DNA from: Candidatus Latescibacterota bacterium
GTDB taxonomy: Bacteria; Latescibacterota; UBA2968
NCBI GenBank assembly: GCA_965116885.1
Contig: OZ220741.1
Coordinates: 224,001 to 288,000, forward strand
Direction: 5' to 3'
Length of the DNA: 64,000 nt
Made by a program: the position numbers and the translations under genes. Below the pieces are notes generated by a model. That model worked only from the letters and a program-made list of their open reading frames with translations. It ran no database searches and had not been told where the DNA came from. This document shows, piece after piece, positions 29,146 to 39,700 of this stretch. The stretch's first letter is position 1; every line of letters starts with the position of its first letter.

Positions 29146-30376
29146 GGATCAAGTTGGAGTTTTGAGATTCGGATTTGTATTCATCTATAACTCGTCTGTA
29201 TATATCTCTCCAGATTTCTGTTTCCTTCTCGGGAGAAAATTGCTCTCGAATCTTGCGTCCGGCAGCCATTCCCAGTCTTTTTCTTAAATTGTGGTCGTCC
29301 GCGAGACACATCAATTTTTCGCACAAAATATCACTGCGCTGAGAAGGAAAAAGTATGCCGTCTTGCCCATCTTCGATGATTTCCAGAACACCGTCAACGG
29401 CGGATGAGATAATTGGCTTTTGACATGCCATAGCTTCCAAAACCGCATTTGGCGATCCTTCGTATAACGATGGCAATACGAATACATCTACCTGACGCAT
29501 CCATGCAAGAACTTCACTGTGCGGCACACGGCCTGTGATAGAAATATGGCGGATCAACTTGCGTTTCTTGAATTGTTGCAACCAAGTCTTCTTTAATTTA
29601 GGGTCCGCAAAATCACCTATGAGCAAAAGATGACTTTCGGGATATTGCCTGTGAAAGTCTTCGAATGCCTGAAGGAGAATTGAGAAACCGCTTTTTCCCG
29701 GTCTTATGATACCGGTTGTCCCGACGACCAATTTGCCTTTTTCTTTTTCGTTCTTCAGCTTTTTCACAAAAATTTGGCCGCGTAATCCACATCGCATTTT
29801 GACGAGTTCCTCAATATCCTCGTTGGAAAACAAATCCGGATCAAAAGCGTTTTTTATCACTCTCTTCTTGTATATCTGTGCAAAAGAAGAAGCCTTATCG
29901 AGGAGTGTCCCCGCGACTGAGGTGACAAAAGAGGCATTTGCCAATGTCCATTTTACTGCGCCAAATAATCCCCAATGATAGCGGTGCAATTCAATATCAC
30001 TGCCGCGGATACTGACAACAGATGGCACTCCCATATCTTTTGACAACAAAGTCGCAAGGTGTCCGGCTGGAAACACAAAGACGCCGTGAAAAAGGTCGAA
30101 TTTTTCTCGATCATGCAGTCTGGCGACATAATCTGCGATATTTCTCAATTGCGTTGGATCTCCAAAATGATTGCCTAAACCGGGACAGGTGCGATGAACT
30201 GTGACGCCATTTTCTACAATAGAAGAAAAGCTGTCTTCAGGCCCGTGTGGACCAGGGGCAATTACATGTATGTCTATCCCCGATGCTGCGAGGTTTCGAG
30301 TGATGCGATCAATCGCCGTGCCAACGCCGCCTTTGACTTCAGGCGGAAACTGAAATGTAATCACACAAATTTTCAT
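29132..30376 (-). CDS. Glycosyltransferase family 4
   Basis: FPP..GG, DVFVLPS.YEG.PN.VLEAMA (Ex7E motif). Confidence 0.92.
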   Translation of the reverse strand: MKICVITFQFPPEVKGGVGTAIDRITRNLAASGIDIHVIAPGPHGPEDSFSSIVENGVTVHRTCPGLGNHFGDPTQLRNIADYVARLHDREKFDLFHGVFVFPAGHLATLLSKDMGVPSVVSIRGSDIELHRYHWGLFGAVKWTLANASFVTSVAGTLLDKASSFAQIYKKRVIKNAFDPDLFSNEDIEELVKMRCGLRGQIFVKKLKNEKEKGKLVVGTTGIIRPGKSGFSILLQAFEDFHRQYPESHLLLIGDFADPKLKKTWLQQFKKRKLIRHISITGRVPHSEVLAWMRQVDVFVLPSLYEGSPNAVLEAMACQKPIISSAVDGVLEIIEDGQDGILFPSQRSDILCEKLMCLADDHNLRKRLGMAAGRKIREQFSPEKETEIWRDIYRRVIDEYKSESQNSNLIHDKN

Positions 30377-31587
30377 TGGCTTTTCCGAAGACTCTCAGGA
30401 TTGAATTTTGCCCGAAACAGCTCTTCTCTACCATTCACTTTTCGTTTTAAGTAGAGATATCCTTCTTTGTCCGCTCCTATGAGCGTACCATCAATACCGA
30501 CATCTATTTCAACGAGATTCAAATTGTGATCGTAAATGTCGATATATATATCTGATCCTGGCAGTGAATAGCAATAAAAGACAAACTCATCTGTCACAGT
30601 GACCCCAATCCCTTTACCCGTGTTATGGACTTTAATTTCGATATTGTTACCCGATCTGTTTACGTTAGACCCGGATTCAAAACCCAATTCGGGTCTCTGG
30701 TGCTTGGTGACAACTTGCCCGTCTTGATAGGCAATGAGGTGATATGGTGTTTTGGCAGCAAAAACAACGCCATTTTTCCAGGTCTGGACCATTCCCCCAA
30801 CAGAAGGATTAGCCATCATAAGCACTTTATTCTGAGGCTCTTTATCTGGGTCTATAGTAATTGTCAATTGTCCATCGTCATTCTTTTGCAATGAATTTTT
30901 TATCTCTTTCTTAATGACGGATTTTTCTCCGCCATTCTTTTTATTTGAACTCCTTTTGACTTGGAACGACCCCATATCCTTTCTTTCAAATACGAATGTT
31001 CCTCCACTATTCTTTCCCTGTGACTTTTCTTTAAATGCCTCAAGTGCGGGTTTTTCTTCCCCATTTTTTCCATATTGATGCAGAACATATTCCCCCTTAG
31101 GACCAGCGATGTAAATCATATTATCGCTTGCAACCGCGATAGATGTCGGGTATGAAATATCTGTTTCATACCCACCTAAAGATTTGCCTGAAGCATCGAA
31201 TATCCAGACATGATTTGGTCCCGCAACATAGAGTTTATCGCTTTGATCGGTGCTAATCGCTCTGGGCGTCCATGGGGTACTCTCTTCATTAACACTCAGA
31301 TTGATTTCTTTGACGGTTTGTTTGGAAATGGAAAACACCTGTCCCTTTTTACTACATACATATATCCGACCAGTCGAATCAAAAGCGATATCTGAAATGC
31401 TCAAATCCGATCTGTTGGAGATATTAGCGAGATTGATTTGAGAGACTTCTGAAAATAGGTCATCTGAATCATCAGGATCAGAAGTGCAAGACAGAAATGC
31501 AGCAAAAACACTACAAAACAATAAAAGCAGACCACGATTTAAAGAATATTTTGAGGTCTGAGCGAAAAATTTTATTGAATTGATCAT
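30373..31587 (-). CDS. Lipoprotein with NHL/beta-propeller repeats
   Basis: Lipobox-like FLSC; repeats DIAFDSTGRIYV, PRAISTDQSDKLYV, PTSIAVASDNMIYI. Confidence 0.72.
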   Translation of the reverse strand: MINSIKFFAQTSKYSLNRGLLLLFCSVFAAFLSCTSDPDDSDDLFSEVSQINLANISNRSDLSISDIAFDSTGRIYVCSKKGQVFSISKQTVKEINLSVNEESTPWTPRAISTDQSDKLYVAGPNHVWIFDASGKSLGGYETDISYPTSIAVASDNMIYIAGPKGEYVLHQYGKNGEEKPALEAFKEKSQGKNSGGTFVFERKDMGSFQVKRSSNKKNGGEKSVIKKEIKNSLQKNDDGQLTITIDPDKEPQNKVLMMANPSVGGMVQTWKNGVVFAAKTPYHLIAYQDGQVVTKHQRPELGFESGSNVNRSGNNIEIKVHNTGKGIGVTVTDEFVFYCYSLPGSDIYIDIYDHNLNLVEIDVGIDGTLIGADKEGYLYLKRKVNGREELFRAKFNPESLRKSQ

Positions 31588-31632
31588 GTGGTTATGGCTC
31601 CTTTTTATTTGAGGTTGATAGACCGCCGACAA

Positions 31633-33999
31633 TCACTCGTGCCGAAGGGCATTGACAGGATGATCAGTTGCCGCGCGATAGGTTTGAATACTGACTGTAA
31701 CCGCCACCACAATGAGGGTTAGCACGCTACCCAATATCATGGGCAGAATCAAATCAATCCGATATGCAAAGACCTGTAGCCACGCACTTAAAGCGTAATA
31801 AGCGATAGGCCATGCAATCACATTTGCCAGAATGACCCACTTGATAAAATCTTTGGAGAGCAATACCATTAACTGGCTAACTGAAGCCCCCAGGACTTTG
31901 CGAATACCGATTTCACGATTTCGTTGTGTCATAAAAAGTGTGGTTAAACCAAAAGCACCAAGGGATGCCAAAAAGAGAGCGAATATAGCAGAGAAGCGGA
32001 TGGTGCTGAACCAGCGTTGGTCCTTTCTGTATTGCCTGTCGATATCGTCTTTGAGAAATCGGTATTCTAATTTGGTTCGAGGGACAAGTTGTTGCCATTC
32101 TTTTTCGAGAATGGCAATGGTCCCGGGGATATTGTCAGGAGAAATTTTGACGAGTAAATAGCCATCTATCTCAGGGTCTAAAATAATTGCAGCAGGTGCG
32201 ACGGTATGATGCAAAGACCGAAAATGAAAATCTTTGACAACGCCAATAACCGTTGGAGACCCCTTGCTTTTCCAGCTTGAGAGCGTCTGTCCTGCACCAT
32301 TTTTCCAGCCTAAATGTTTGACAAACGCCTCATTGACAATGAGCGCGTTGGTTTTGTCTCTTGTCCTTGAGAAATCCCTCCCTTCAAGCAACTTGAGATT
32401 CATCATTTTGACAAAATCATATCCTACATAGATTAATTCTGTTGTAAAACGCTCTCCTTCAATGTCAAAAGTGCGGCGACTCCGAGTCCTATTGCTCAAA
32501 ACATGTCCAACCGTGGTAGTACCAATAATCTGAGGGTAGGTAGCAATTTTGTCTTTATAAGCATCTATTGAAGTGGGCGAAATTTTTTGTAGATCAAAAG
32601 TTGAAATTACTACGACGTTATCTATATAGAGTCCCAGATCCTTATTTTTCAGGAAGTCGATTTGCCTTGTCATCGTGAATGCACCAATGAGTAGCATCGT
32701 CGAAAGTGCAAATTGAAGAATGAGCAGTATCCGGATTAAAATTGTAGGTTTTAAGGATGCTATTCTCGCACTCAAAATTTCAATGGTTTGAAAACGCGAT
32801 AATACCAGGGCAGGATAAAAGCCAGAGACCATCCCTATGGTTAGGGTCAGAGCCAATACATATAGCACGGTGGTTAGATCAACGTATTTTAAGGCAAGCT
32901 CTTTGCCCATCAGCGCGTTAAACATTGGCAACATCAATTCGACGAGCGCGAGGCCCAATATCAGAGCAAGGAAGGATAGAATAATGGATTCACCGAGATA
33001 TTGGCCGATTAATTGCTGCCGATGCGCGCCAAATAACTTGCGAATGCCGACTTCTTTGCTCCGCGTTGAAGAGATACCTATGGTCAGGACGGAAAAATTG
33101 GTGCCTGCTACGAGGATGATGATCAATGCAATGCCAGTAAGTACATAAGAATAGATGGGATTGCTGACTGGCTCAGGTCCTCGGACACTTTGATCGAAGT
33201 GTATCTCTTTGAGCGGTTGTAAGAAGAATTGGAGTGGCCTGGGATACCCGGCCTGGTCTGCCAGGGTCTTGCCAACCTCTGGGAGGCGATCTTTTACTTG
33301 CTGAAGCGCCATTGCTTTGGGGAGCATGACAAAAGTGCTGATGCCGCCTGTAAAATGCCATGTGTCGGGATGTGCTTCCGAGGCAGCTTCAAAGGGAAGA
33401 AGGCCATCGAATCGCAGACTGGAATTTTTGGGAATATCTTTTAGAATACCGGAAACAATATGGTCTTTGCCCTTTGGTGCCGGACTTCCACCTATAGACA
33501 TCCACTGTGTTGGACGTAAGGTAATCATCTGTCCTATGGGATTGGTGTTGGGAAATAATTTCTGAGCCGTTTCTTGTGTGATGAGAATTGATTGTACGTC
33601 ATGTAGCGCGGCAGTGCCACTAACAAGCGGAAATGAAAAGATGTCTAAAAATTCGGGGTCAACATATCTTAATTCAAGTGAAAAGGAATTTTCTCCTTTT
33701 ACGGCGTTTCCCCGACTGCGATAGGCGCGAACGATTTTTAAGCCAGCAAATTCATTTGCAAAAGCAGGTCCCAAAGGCCCCGGTGTGATGGCATTGATGC
33801 GGTTTCTGGATTTCAGGCAAATTCTGTAGATATGATCCATATTTTCGTGAAATCGGTCGTAGGTCCATTCGTTATGCACGAATAATAGTCCGAGAATGCC
33901 AAATGCCAGCGCGATGGATACACCAATGATATTGATCAAGGTAGTTAATTTATGTTTGAAAAGGCTCCTGAGTGCCAGCACGATGTAATTACGGATCAT
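31633..33999 (-). CDS. ABC transporter permease (MacB/FtsX type, duplicated domains)
   Basis: M.RNY...ALRSL.K, R.KEVGIRK..GA and REIGIRKVLGAS, C-terminal PV.ALRHE. Confidence 0.9.
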   Translation of the reverse strand: MIRNYIVLALRSLFKHKLTTLINIIGVSIALAFGILGLLFVHNEWTYDRFHENMDHIYRICLKSRNRINAITPGPLGPAFANEFAGLKIVRAYRSRGNAVKGENSFSLELRYVDPEFLDIFSFPLVSGTAALHDVQSILITQETAQKLFPNTNPIGQMITLRPTQWMSIGGSPAPKGKDHIVSGILKDIPKNSSLRFDGLLPFEAASEAHPDTWHFTGGISTFVMLPKAMALQQVKDRLPEVGKTLADQAGYPRPLQFFLQPLKEIHFDQSVRGPEPVSNPIYSYVLTGIALIIILVAGTNFSVLTIGISSTRSKEVGIRKLFGAHRQQLIGQYLGESIILSFLALILGLALVELMLPMFNALMGKELALKYVDLTTVLYVLALTLTIGMVSGFYPALVLSRFQTIEILSARIASLKPTILIRILLILQFALSTMLLIGAFTMTRQIDFLKNKDLGLYIDNVVVISTFDLQKISPTSIDAYKDKIATYPQIIGTTTVGHVLSNRTRSRRTFDIEGERFTTELIYVGYDFVKMMNLKLLEGRDFSRTRDKTNALIVNEAFVKHLGWKNGAGQTLSSWKSKGSPTVIGVVKDFHFRSLHHTVAPAAIILDPEIDGYLLVKISPDNIPGTIAILEKEWQQLVPRTKLEYRFLKDDIDRQYRKDQRWFSTIRFSAIFALFLASLGAFGLTTLFMTQRNREIGIRKVLGASVSQLMVLLSKDFIKWVILANVIAWPIAYYALSAWLQVFAYRIDLILPMILGSVLTLIVVAVTVSIQTYRAATDHPVNALRHE

Positions 34000-34263
34000 A
34001 AATATGCCTCCGGTTGATGGGGTTCCCTGCCAGAAAGCAGAGAACCCTTTATAGATCATCCGAAGATAATGCTATTCACATTTAGAATAGGCAAGCAATA
34101 TTCTCCTTTGAAAGAGAAGTCCGGTGCTTCAGATCGCCAGGGTAATGAATCAATTGATGTCCACTGGATGAGCGCAGATTGTGGTTTATCAATAGAAAAG
34201 ACCAAGGCTATGCACACAATGCCAAATGCACAACCTGTCATCCGAGGCCATTTCAATAAGAAT

Positions 34264-34467
34264 TCAAACAATCTCATAAACTTGCCCTTCAGAAAACGCC
34301 AGTGCCAAGCGGATAGAACTCGAACCACTTCCAAATTCGAGAATCCTTTCTACTGTGGGCATCTGAAGAAACGTGGTTGCGATTCTCTCAAATGCTGTCT
34401 CACCAATGCTCCAGTCTGTGTCCAGATGAAGCCGATCCGGTATTTTGAAGTCTAAAATTTTATGCAT
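34264..34467 (-). pseudogene. Truncated class I SAM-dependent methyltransferase fragment
   Basis: RBS AAGGA; 67-aa ORF contains motif I RILEFGSGSSS and then stops. Confidence 0.55.
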
Positions 34468-34484
34468 TCCTTACTTCTCTTGAT

Positions 34485-34718
34485 TTAATAGCCGTCATGT
34501 GCAAATACGTACACATACCAGGAGGCCTGTTCTGGTCCTATCCCATCAGGAGGAGCTTCACAACCCCAAATTTCAGCGAGTCGAGCCTCTTCTTCCTGGG
34601 CTTCTCTTTTAGAATTATAATGACCAACAATTCTCCAGTTTCTGAATGAGCGGTATCTGGATCGCCAATGTCGCTTTCGCTCGTCGGGATCCATAGTAAT
34701 GCCAACTCTACAGGCCAT
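34485..34718 (-). CDS. Small hypothetical protein, possibly GIY-YIG-like
   Basis: 77 aa; VGIT.DP.ER...H-like and S..EA..EE..L patterns; closely spaced in the operon. Confidence 0.6.
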   Translation of the reverse strand: MACRVGITMDPDERKRHWRSRYRSFRNWRIVGHYNSKREAQEEEARLAEIWGCEAPPDGIGPEQASWYVYVFAHDGY

Positions 34719-34735
34719 CTTTATCTCTTTATGAT

Positions 34736-36172
34736 TTACGAGGTTATTTCCAGACTATATCGTCGCTGCAACAAAGACGCATCGGCTTCTGCAATCTCCA
34801 TACACATTTCCATCGCCAATTCATAGCGATAGCGCGTCTGTTCACAAGAAACTGGATTTGGATACATCGGATCACCCGTTGTCGTCCGCGCCTCCCAAAG
34901 ACACCCGCCACCACACAGGTTGCGCGCCCAGCACGTCTTGCACTCAGGACGATTATTCACATTGAACTGCGCGTCAAAATGCTGCTGCTTTGCGCGGTCA
35001 ATACCCGCAAACACATTCCCCATCTTAAACTCGGGTGCATCGGCCAAACTCGAACAAAAATAAATCGACCCATCTGCTGCAATCGCCAAATACTGCTTAC
35101 CACCGAGGCATCCATGACAAGATTTCTTGCGCGTCAAAAGTTTTTGAATCCGTGGATCAAACTCTTCATCTTCACCCTTTTCGCCACTTAAAATAGCTTT
35201 GAGCGCACGCTGGCTCCGCTTGTAAATTTGCTGCTTCAAAACAGGTATGTGTTCTTCCCCAATCGCATAAGGCGCATCGGGGGAGACAACAGCCAGGTCA
35301 ACAAGCGCGTTATCAGTACCCAGAGAACGCAACGCATCGGCAATCTGATCTTCATCCATATCATAAGCTGTCATAACAGCCTGCAAATACACGCGCTCAG
35401 GTGCCTCAGCAGTCAGTTTCTTTACATTCTTTGCCACAACATCATAAGTCCCAGAACCATTGTGAAACTTGCGAATGCGATCCTGTGTTTTACGCCCCCC
35501 ATCCAGGCTGACCTTAATCTGAAACTTTTCATCAACCAAAAACTGCTTCATCTCGTCGGTCAACAGCGTGCCATTGGTCACAATGCCAAAACCAACCTGC
35601 ACACCCAATCGCGCTCCCAGGGATTTGGCAAACGGGACAAGCTCTCTCATCAATGGAAAATTCAGAAGCGGTTCCCCGCCAAAAAAATCAATCTGGCACC
35701 GCCCAAACCCCTGAGCTTCAGTGACAATCCAGCGTATGGCTTGCTCGGCAACTTTGGGTTGCATCAGCATGGCCTTACCGCCATAATCCCCGCCATGAGC
35801 AAAGCAATAAGCACATTGAATATTGCACGTATGGGAAACGTGCAAGGACACCTGCAAACGGTCTGTCTGCGACACGCCACAGGCAGCTACCCCTTCTGTT
35901 GTCGGTACATTAGCTACTACAGGTAGTGCACCATCCGAAATCAAACCCACCTGCGCCAATTCGCCGATAGCCTGAGCAATTTCTTCTGCCTCGTATTGAT
36001 CAACCAATACTTGAACAACCTGTGAAGCCGACAAGCCCTCACAACACTCTAAAATCGCCTCGAAAAGGGTATCCAGTTCAAAAAACAGACCTGTCTCAAC
36101 CTGATAGACAATCGGCTGTTTTTGCTCCTCGGTTTCAAAAAGATGCATGTCACATTTCTGAATGCACAGCAT
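34736..36172 (-). CDS. Radical SAM/SPASM peptide maturase with an N-terminal RRE-like domain (QhpD/CteB-like)
   Basis: CNIQCAYC, FFGGEPLLN, TNGTLL, SLDG; SPASM C..G......DG.IYFC and CKTCWARNLCGGGC; ~80-aa N-terminal extension. RBS GAGGAG. Confidence 0.92.
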   Translation of the reverse strand: MLCIQKCDMHLFETEEQKQPIVYQVETGLFFELDTLFEAILECCEGLSASQVVQVLVDQYEAEEIAQAIGELAQVGLISDGALPVVANVPTTEGVAACGVSQTDRLQVSLHVSHTCNIQCAYCFAHGGDYGGKAMLMQPKVAEQAIRWIVTEAQGFGRCQIDFFGGEPLLNFPLMRELVPFAKSLGARLGVQVGFGIVTNGTLLTDEMKQFLVDEKFQIKVSLDGGRKTQDRIRKFHNGSGTYDVVAKNVKKLTAEAPERVYLQAVMTAYDMDEDQIADALRSLGTDNALVDLAVVSPDAPYAIGEEHIPVLKQQIYKRSQRALKAILSGEKGEDEEFDPRIQKLLTRKKSCHGCLGGKQYLAIAADGSIYFCSSLADAPEFKMGNVFAGIDRAKQQHFDAQFNVNNRPECKTCWARNLCGGGCLWEARTTTGDPMYPNPVSCEQTRYRYELAMEMCMEIAEADASLLQRRYSLEITS

Positions 36173-36196
36173 AGCACACACTCCTCAAAACCGAAA

Positions 36197-36391
36197 TCAC
36201 TTATCCTGATCATCAGCTTGATCAAAATCGTCCCAATCGTCATCGTCATCGGGAAAGGGTAAGAGAGGAACGCAGAAGACACCGGGGTAACAGCTACCAA
36301 TTTCAAAACTCCTCGTAGCCTGATACATAAGAATACCACCTTCTTCATTCATCGTTCCATTGATCAAGGTCAGCTTGCTCTGGGTCACCAT
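36197..36391 (-). CDS. Putative RiPP precursor peptide, 64 aa
   Basis: MVTQSKLTLINGTMNEEGGILMYQATRSFEIGSCYPGVFCVPLLPFPDDDDDWDDFDQADDQDK; RBS AAGGAG; lies between a sigma54 promoter and the rSAM gene. Confidence 0.78.
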   Translation of the reverse strand: MVTQSKLTLINGTMNEEGGILMYQATRSFEIGSCYPGVFCVPLLPFPDDDDDWDDFDQADDQDK

Positions 36392-36447
36392 ATTTCTCTC
36401 CTTAAACAATGCGAAAATCTAATGCCGTTACTGTCCGCCTATCATAC

Positions 36448-36463
36448 TGCAAGTTCCGTGCCA
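36448..36463 (-). promoter_or_regulatory. Sigma54 promoter of the precursor/rSAM operon
   Basis: TGGCACGGAACTTGCA, a perfect TGGCAC-N5-TTGCA. Confidence 0.85.
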
Positions 36464-36479
36464 AAAATCGTTTCAAAAT

Positions 36480-36511
36480 AAAAAAAAGCACTTGAAAATT
36501 CTCAAGTGCTT
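36480..36511 (-). terminator. Terminator downstream of the kinase-activator gene
   Basis: AAGCACTTGA-loop-TCAAGTGCTT followed by a T-run on the minus strand. Confidence 0.6.
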
Positions 36512-36554
36512 GAAAAACAAAGAGATAAAATTTAAAAATTATTTTTATTACAAA

Positions 36555-36690
36555 TGCGACATTCAGATACAAATGTATCTAATATGATACAGTCTAACCA
36601 TTCATTTAAATATAATATGCATAACTGATTGATTTATATAAATATAAACGAAATGTAACCCAAATGATATTACTGTTACAAAATGATACA
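36555..36690. promoter_or_regulatory. Candidate enhancer (UAS) boxes and an IHF site
   Basis: TGTATCTAATATGATACA, TGTTACAAAATGATACA and two degenerate copies; minus-strand AATCAATCAGTTA (36622-36634) fits WATCAANNNNTTR. Confidence 0.55.
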
Positions 36691-36702
36691 CCCGTTCAAC
36701 AT

Positions 36703-39700
36703 CTATCTCAACCCCAAACGATTGATCTTTCTATATAAGCTAATGCGTGCCACCCCCAGTTCTTCGGCCGCATGCGTAATATTACCCTCGCATCTCTCGA
36801 GTGCGTTCCGAATCAACCGTCTCTCATACTCTTGCATAAGATCTTGTAAACGCCCCTGGTATTCAGTAGAGACATCTGACACTTTGTGCCCAACAGCTTC
36901 TGAAAACAAATCGGGTGTAATTGCGCCATCTTCTTCTGCCAAGGCCACAGCAAGCCGAATCTCATTCTCCAACTCGCGCACATTACCAGGCCAATTGTAA
37001 CTTGTGAGCGCCCTGATCGCACCCACTGTCAGCCCTCCAACAGACTTGTTTGCCTCTTCCTTTGCCCGAATGAGCAAATGTTCGGTCAATACTGGTACAT
37101 CTTCAATATGTTCTCGCAAAGGCGGCATATCGATCTGAATCACGTGCAACCGGTAATACAAATCTTCACGGAAAGAACCATTTTCAACTTCTTTTTTTAA
37201 ATCTCGATTGGTCGCTGCAATAATGCGTACATTCACTGTGCGATCCTCTGTTTCTCCCACGCGCCGGATCTCGCCTTCTTGTAATACCCGCAACAAACTC
37301 CTTTGTAACTCTGGCGGGGCATCTCCGATTTCATCTAAAAAAACCGTGCCGCCATCAGCCGCTTCAAAAATCCCCTTATGATCTTCATTGGCACCTGTAA
37401 ACGCGCCTTTTTTGTGCCCAAACAACTCACTCTGCAATAACTCTGGTGAAAGTGCGGCACAATTTTCCGACAAAAATCGCCGGTCTTTGCGTGTGCTATT
37501 GTAGTGTATGGCACGCGCAGCCAATTCTTTACCCGTACCTGTCTCGCCCTGCACAAGCACGGGAATATCACTCTTTGCAGCGCGTTCTATAAGTTGATAG
37601 ATCGCCTGCATCGCATCGCTTTGTCCGACCATGTCGCCAAGCTGGTGCCGTCTTTCGACCTCTTGCTGCAAATATTGTGCCTTCTCTTCCAATTGTTCGT
37701 ACATCTTCGCATTAGCCAGTGCCACCCCCACCAGATTTGCAAATGCCTGTAAAAACGTCTGATCGGCTTCAGAAAATGCGTTGCTGATACCGCGATGATC
37801 CACATATAGCGCACCCATCACACCTTCCTTAACATGAAACAGAGGCACGCACAATACAGACCGAATGTCGTAGTCTATCACACTCTGATAGCGATTGAGC
37901 CTTTCGTCTGACTGTGCATCAAAGCTCAAAACGGGTTTATTGGTTTCAATAACCCCACGAATAATACCCCGACTCAGTGTTTCTGCATCATCTGCTTCTA
38001 CATTGTGGTGGCGCAGGGCATCAACCACAAAGCCTTTTTGGGTCTTATTTTTAATCGCAACAACTACCCGCTCTGCTGGATAAACAACCAACAAATTACC
38101 CAAAGTTCGATCCAATAACACCTTGACATCGCGCTCTGTTGTCAATTCCTGGCTCACATAGTAAAGCAAGCGCAAGCGATCAACAGACAATGTATCAACT
38201 GAAATCTCAGAACTAAGCGCGGCATCATCGCCGCGAGAAGATTTGCCCAATTGATCTAATAACACCTGTGTTTTCTCGAAAAAATAGGACATTTCCATTT
38301 CTCCAAACGCCTGTTTTGCCACTTCGAGATGTGCCTTAGCTCTTGGTACATCATCGCGCTTGAGATAAAACTCTCCTGCCATCAGCAATGCACGCGCCCA
38401 GTGATCGCCTTTGGATTCTCTTCGGCATTCAATCGCCTGCTCAAAAGCCTCTACTGCCTCAGCAGTCCGCCCTGCCTGGGCGAAAGCAACACCAATACCA
38501 GAATAAACCAGGGGCAATATGCCCGTGTACATACCCGATGTTTGTTGCGTACCTTCACTGGCTTTTTCTGCCCATTCAAGTGCAGTTTCCACATCTCCTA
38601 TTCTCACAGCAGCCGTTGCCGCAATCGCATAAGCGCGATAGACATAATCTTTTCGCGGTATTTCCAAAAAACGCTCTGCCGAGGTCTCAGCATATTCCAA
38701 TGCCTCGGCAAAATCACCGTGTTCCAGTGCCAATTCCCCCAAATAAAGAAAACTCACTGCCTCACCATACACAAGTCCTTGCTTCTGCCACTCACCAATG
38801 ACTTCATGGCAAACGGCTTCCGCACGGTTGAGGTCGCCCAGATAAAAATAAACTCTTGTAAGTAAATTAAGTGCCCAAAGGCGATAGTGCTCCAGACCAA
38901 GTTGCCTAAAGGTCTTTACAGCAGTTTCCAAATACCCTTTAGCTATCTCAAATTGAAATCCCACCAATGCAACCATACCTTCTCGCCCTTGTATAAAAAC
39001 TTCATTTTGTGAATCTCCCAGACTACGGCGTTTCTCTATTTCCCGACGCATATACGCAATCGCTTCTTCGTGCTGTCCAGACACATCGCACAACTGAGCC
39101 AAACTACCCAACGCCTGAATTTCGCCCTCGACATCACCCAGACCACTATAAAGTTGTAATGCCTCCAGCATATATTCTTTTGCAATTTCTCCATGTTGAA
39201 GTACAATGTGAATACCACCTTCATTCCACAAAATACGCGCCTTCAAATCGTTCCGGTCATCGGGCAATAACGCCTTTGCCTCGTCTAAAAGTTCCAGTGC
39301 TCTATTATGCTGGCTACAATTGCGCAGTGCATCTGCATAATCGCACAAAAATTCGATCACATCTGCCCGCGATTCAAAAGCGTCATCCGCTGTCCAGTCC
39401 CGTACAGCCTCAAATCGCATCAATGCTTGGCGACAGGCGTGTTGTTCCAGTGCTTTTTTACCTGATAGGCGCATATATTTCACAGCCTTATCTCGTTCTT
39501 TTGCCGCCGCAAAATGATCCGCCAATTCTTCTGTCAATTCTTCTGCATCTTCCGTCTCTTCCAGAGCATTGCCAATTTCACGATGCAACAGACGCCGCCG
39601 CACAGCTTGCATACGATTGTAAATTGCACGACGACACAAACCCTGTGCAAAGCGATACCGCTCTTCATCGCCATAAGTAATTAACAGCCCTTCTGCAATC

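Noticed and set aside
29132..30376. Selenosugar synthase SenB, considered because of the selenoproteins
   Set aside because: Only generic GT4 motifs; no senA or selD neighbour.
34264..34266. Third Sec readthrough at the methyltransferase fragment's TGA
   Set aside because: Not at a Cys-type motif, and the frame closes again about 25 codons later with no recognisable continuation.
34736..36172. Anaerobic sulfatase maturase for the two sulfatases
   Set aside because: The N-terminal RRE-like extension and the adjacent peptide favour a peptide maturase; disfavoured rather than excluded without phylogeny.
36197..36391. QhpC or SCIFF orthologue
   Set aside because: Only two Cys, no CWW or six-Cys pattern, and no quinohemoprotein alpha subunit nearby.
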